A DNA stretch of 60,209 nt. It comes from Alistipes sp. Its GTDB lineage: Bacteria; Bacteroidota; Bacteroidia; Bacteroidales; Rikenellaceae. The notes below the pieces were generated by a model. That model did not search any database and was not told where the DNA came from. It saw only the letters and a list, made by a program, of their open reading frames with translations. This document shows positions 59,050-60,209 of this stretch, in pieces (position 1 is the first letter of the stretch; every line of letters starts with the position of its first letter). The position numbers and the translations under genes are program-made. The stretch is taken from NCBI GenBank assembly GCA_017628735.1, contig JAGBYO010000136.1, positions 1-60,209 of the forward strand, read 5' to 3'.

Positions 59050-60075
59050 TTACAAAGCGCCCTCAAACTGGTTAAGGAAGCGCACATCGTTCTCGAAATA
59101 GAGGCGAAGATCTCCCACGCCAAACTTAAGCATTGCGATACGCTCAATACCCATACCAAACGCAAAGCCCGAGAACTCCTTGGGGTCGATGTTGTTGGCC
59201 TCCAAGACATTAGGGTCAACCATACCGCAACCCATAATCTCCAACCAGCCAGTGCCCTTACATACGCCGCAGCCCTTACCGCCACAGATTGAGCACGACA
59301 CATCCACCTCTGCCGAAGGCTCGGTGAAGGGGAAGTACGAAGGACGCATACGAATCTGCGCCTGCTCGCCAAAGAGCTCCTTGGCGAAGTACAACAGCGA
59401 CTGCTTCATATCGGCAAACGATACATTGCGGTCGATATATAAACCCTCAATCTGGTGGAAGATGCAGTGTGCACGATATGAGATTGCCTCGTTACGGAAT
59501 ACACGACCAGGACAGATAACACGGATAGGGGGCTTCTGGCGCTCCATAGTACGCACCTGAATAGATGAGGTGTGGGTACGAAGCACTACATCGGGGTTGC
59601 TCTCGATAAAGAAGGTATCCTGCATATCGCGTGCGGGGTGCTCGGGAGGGAAGTTAAGTGCAGAGAATACATGCCAGTCATCCTCAATCTCGGGTCCATC
59701 TGCCACGGTGTAGCCCAAGCGCGAGAAGATAGATACAATCTCATTCTTCACAATCGAGATAGGGTGGCGTGAGCCTACCTGCTCCGATGTTCCGGGGCGT
59801 GTCATATCGTCGATATGTGATGCACTCATCGCAGCCTTATTCTGCAACTCCTCCTTAAGCGTGTTGATGCGCTCGGTAGCCACATTCTTAAGGTGGTTAA
59901 GCTTCTGACCAAGCTCGCGCTTCTGCTCCGCGGGTACGCTCTTAAACTCCTCCATAAGTGCGCCCAACGAGCCCTTCTTACCGAGAATCTTAATTCGGAA
60001 AGCCTCAACATCAGCAGCCGTAGCGGGTGCAAATGCCTCAATCTCCTTTAAAATCTCTTCAATCTTGTTAATCAT
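59050..60075 (-). CDS. pheS: Phenylalanine--tRNA ligase alpha subunit
   Basis: HPARDMQDTF, LRTHTS, YFPFTEPS, GFAFGMGIER. Confidence 0.97.
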   Translation of the reverse strand: MINKIEEILKEIEAFAPATAADVEAFRIKILGKKGSLGALMEEFKSVPAEQKRELGQKLNHLKNVATERINTLKEELQNKAAMSASHIDDMTRPGTSEQVGSRHPISIVKNEIVSIFSRLGYTVADGPEIEDDWHVFSALNFPPEHPARDMQDTFFIESNPDVVLRTHTSSIQVRTMERQKPPIRVICPGRVFRNEAISYRAHCIFHQIEGLYIDRNVSFADMKQSLLYFAKELFGEQAQIRMRPSYFPFTEPSAEVDVSCSICGGKGCGVCKGTGWLEIMGCGMVDPNVLEANNIDPKEFSGFAFGMGIERIAMLKFGVGDLRLYFENDVRFLNQFEGAL

Positions 60076-60113
60076 ATTTATAGAGTATTATTTTTCAATT
60101 TCGTATAATTGTA

Positions 60114-60144
60114 CAAAGGTAAGAAAAAAAGAGTAAAGAGCAAA
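60114..60144 (-). promoter_or_regulatory. pheS operon promoter
   Basis: TTTG (60144-60141), 19-nt spacer, TACCTTTG (60121-60114). Confidence 0.65.
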
Positions 60145-60209
60145 GAGCAGAGAGCAAAAGTTCATAGTTTTTAGAATTAGAAATTAGCAGTGAGCAATGG
60201 TTTTAGAAA

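Overview
A 60-kb chromosomal window from a Bacteroidales bacterium, most plausibly Rikenellaceae/Alistipes-like (inferred from gene content, TAnnTTTG promoters and A-rich SD-less initiation regions). It is mostly housekeeping: batC/A/B, pepD, galE, prfA, xseAB, relA-type RSH, dxs, pyrH, frr, ftsX, uppP, truB, queA, topA, metG, ilvE, mnmG, ybeY, pheS. The stand-out is an intact ~8-kb phage-derived operon (6555-14580, minus strand) between galE and prfA. It encodes two tail-tip-like proteins, an HTH-like/ClpP-type prohead protease, a major capsid, a portal, a head-tail adaptor, a holin and a lysozyme-like protein. It has no terminase, tail tube, tape measure, integrase, repressor or replication genes, and it sits behind a host-type promoter and a ~275-nt structured leader. 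It is a candidate domesticated, GTA-like particle system. Also present: a VTC-DUF4956-DUF2490 operon, three secreted plug-motif/TonB-C proteins (two opposite an OmpR-type two-component system with 4x TTAACA boxes), several 120-195-bp palindromic intergenic elements with compensatory changes, heptamer/nonamer inverted arrays next to terminators, and a parS-like site after mnmG. No rRNA, tRNA, CRISPR array or transposase was seen. All calls come from reading motifs by eye; no database searches were run.
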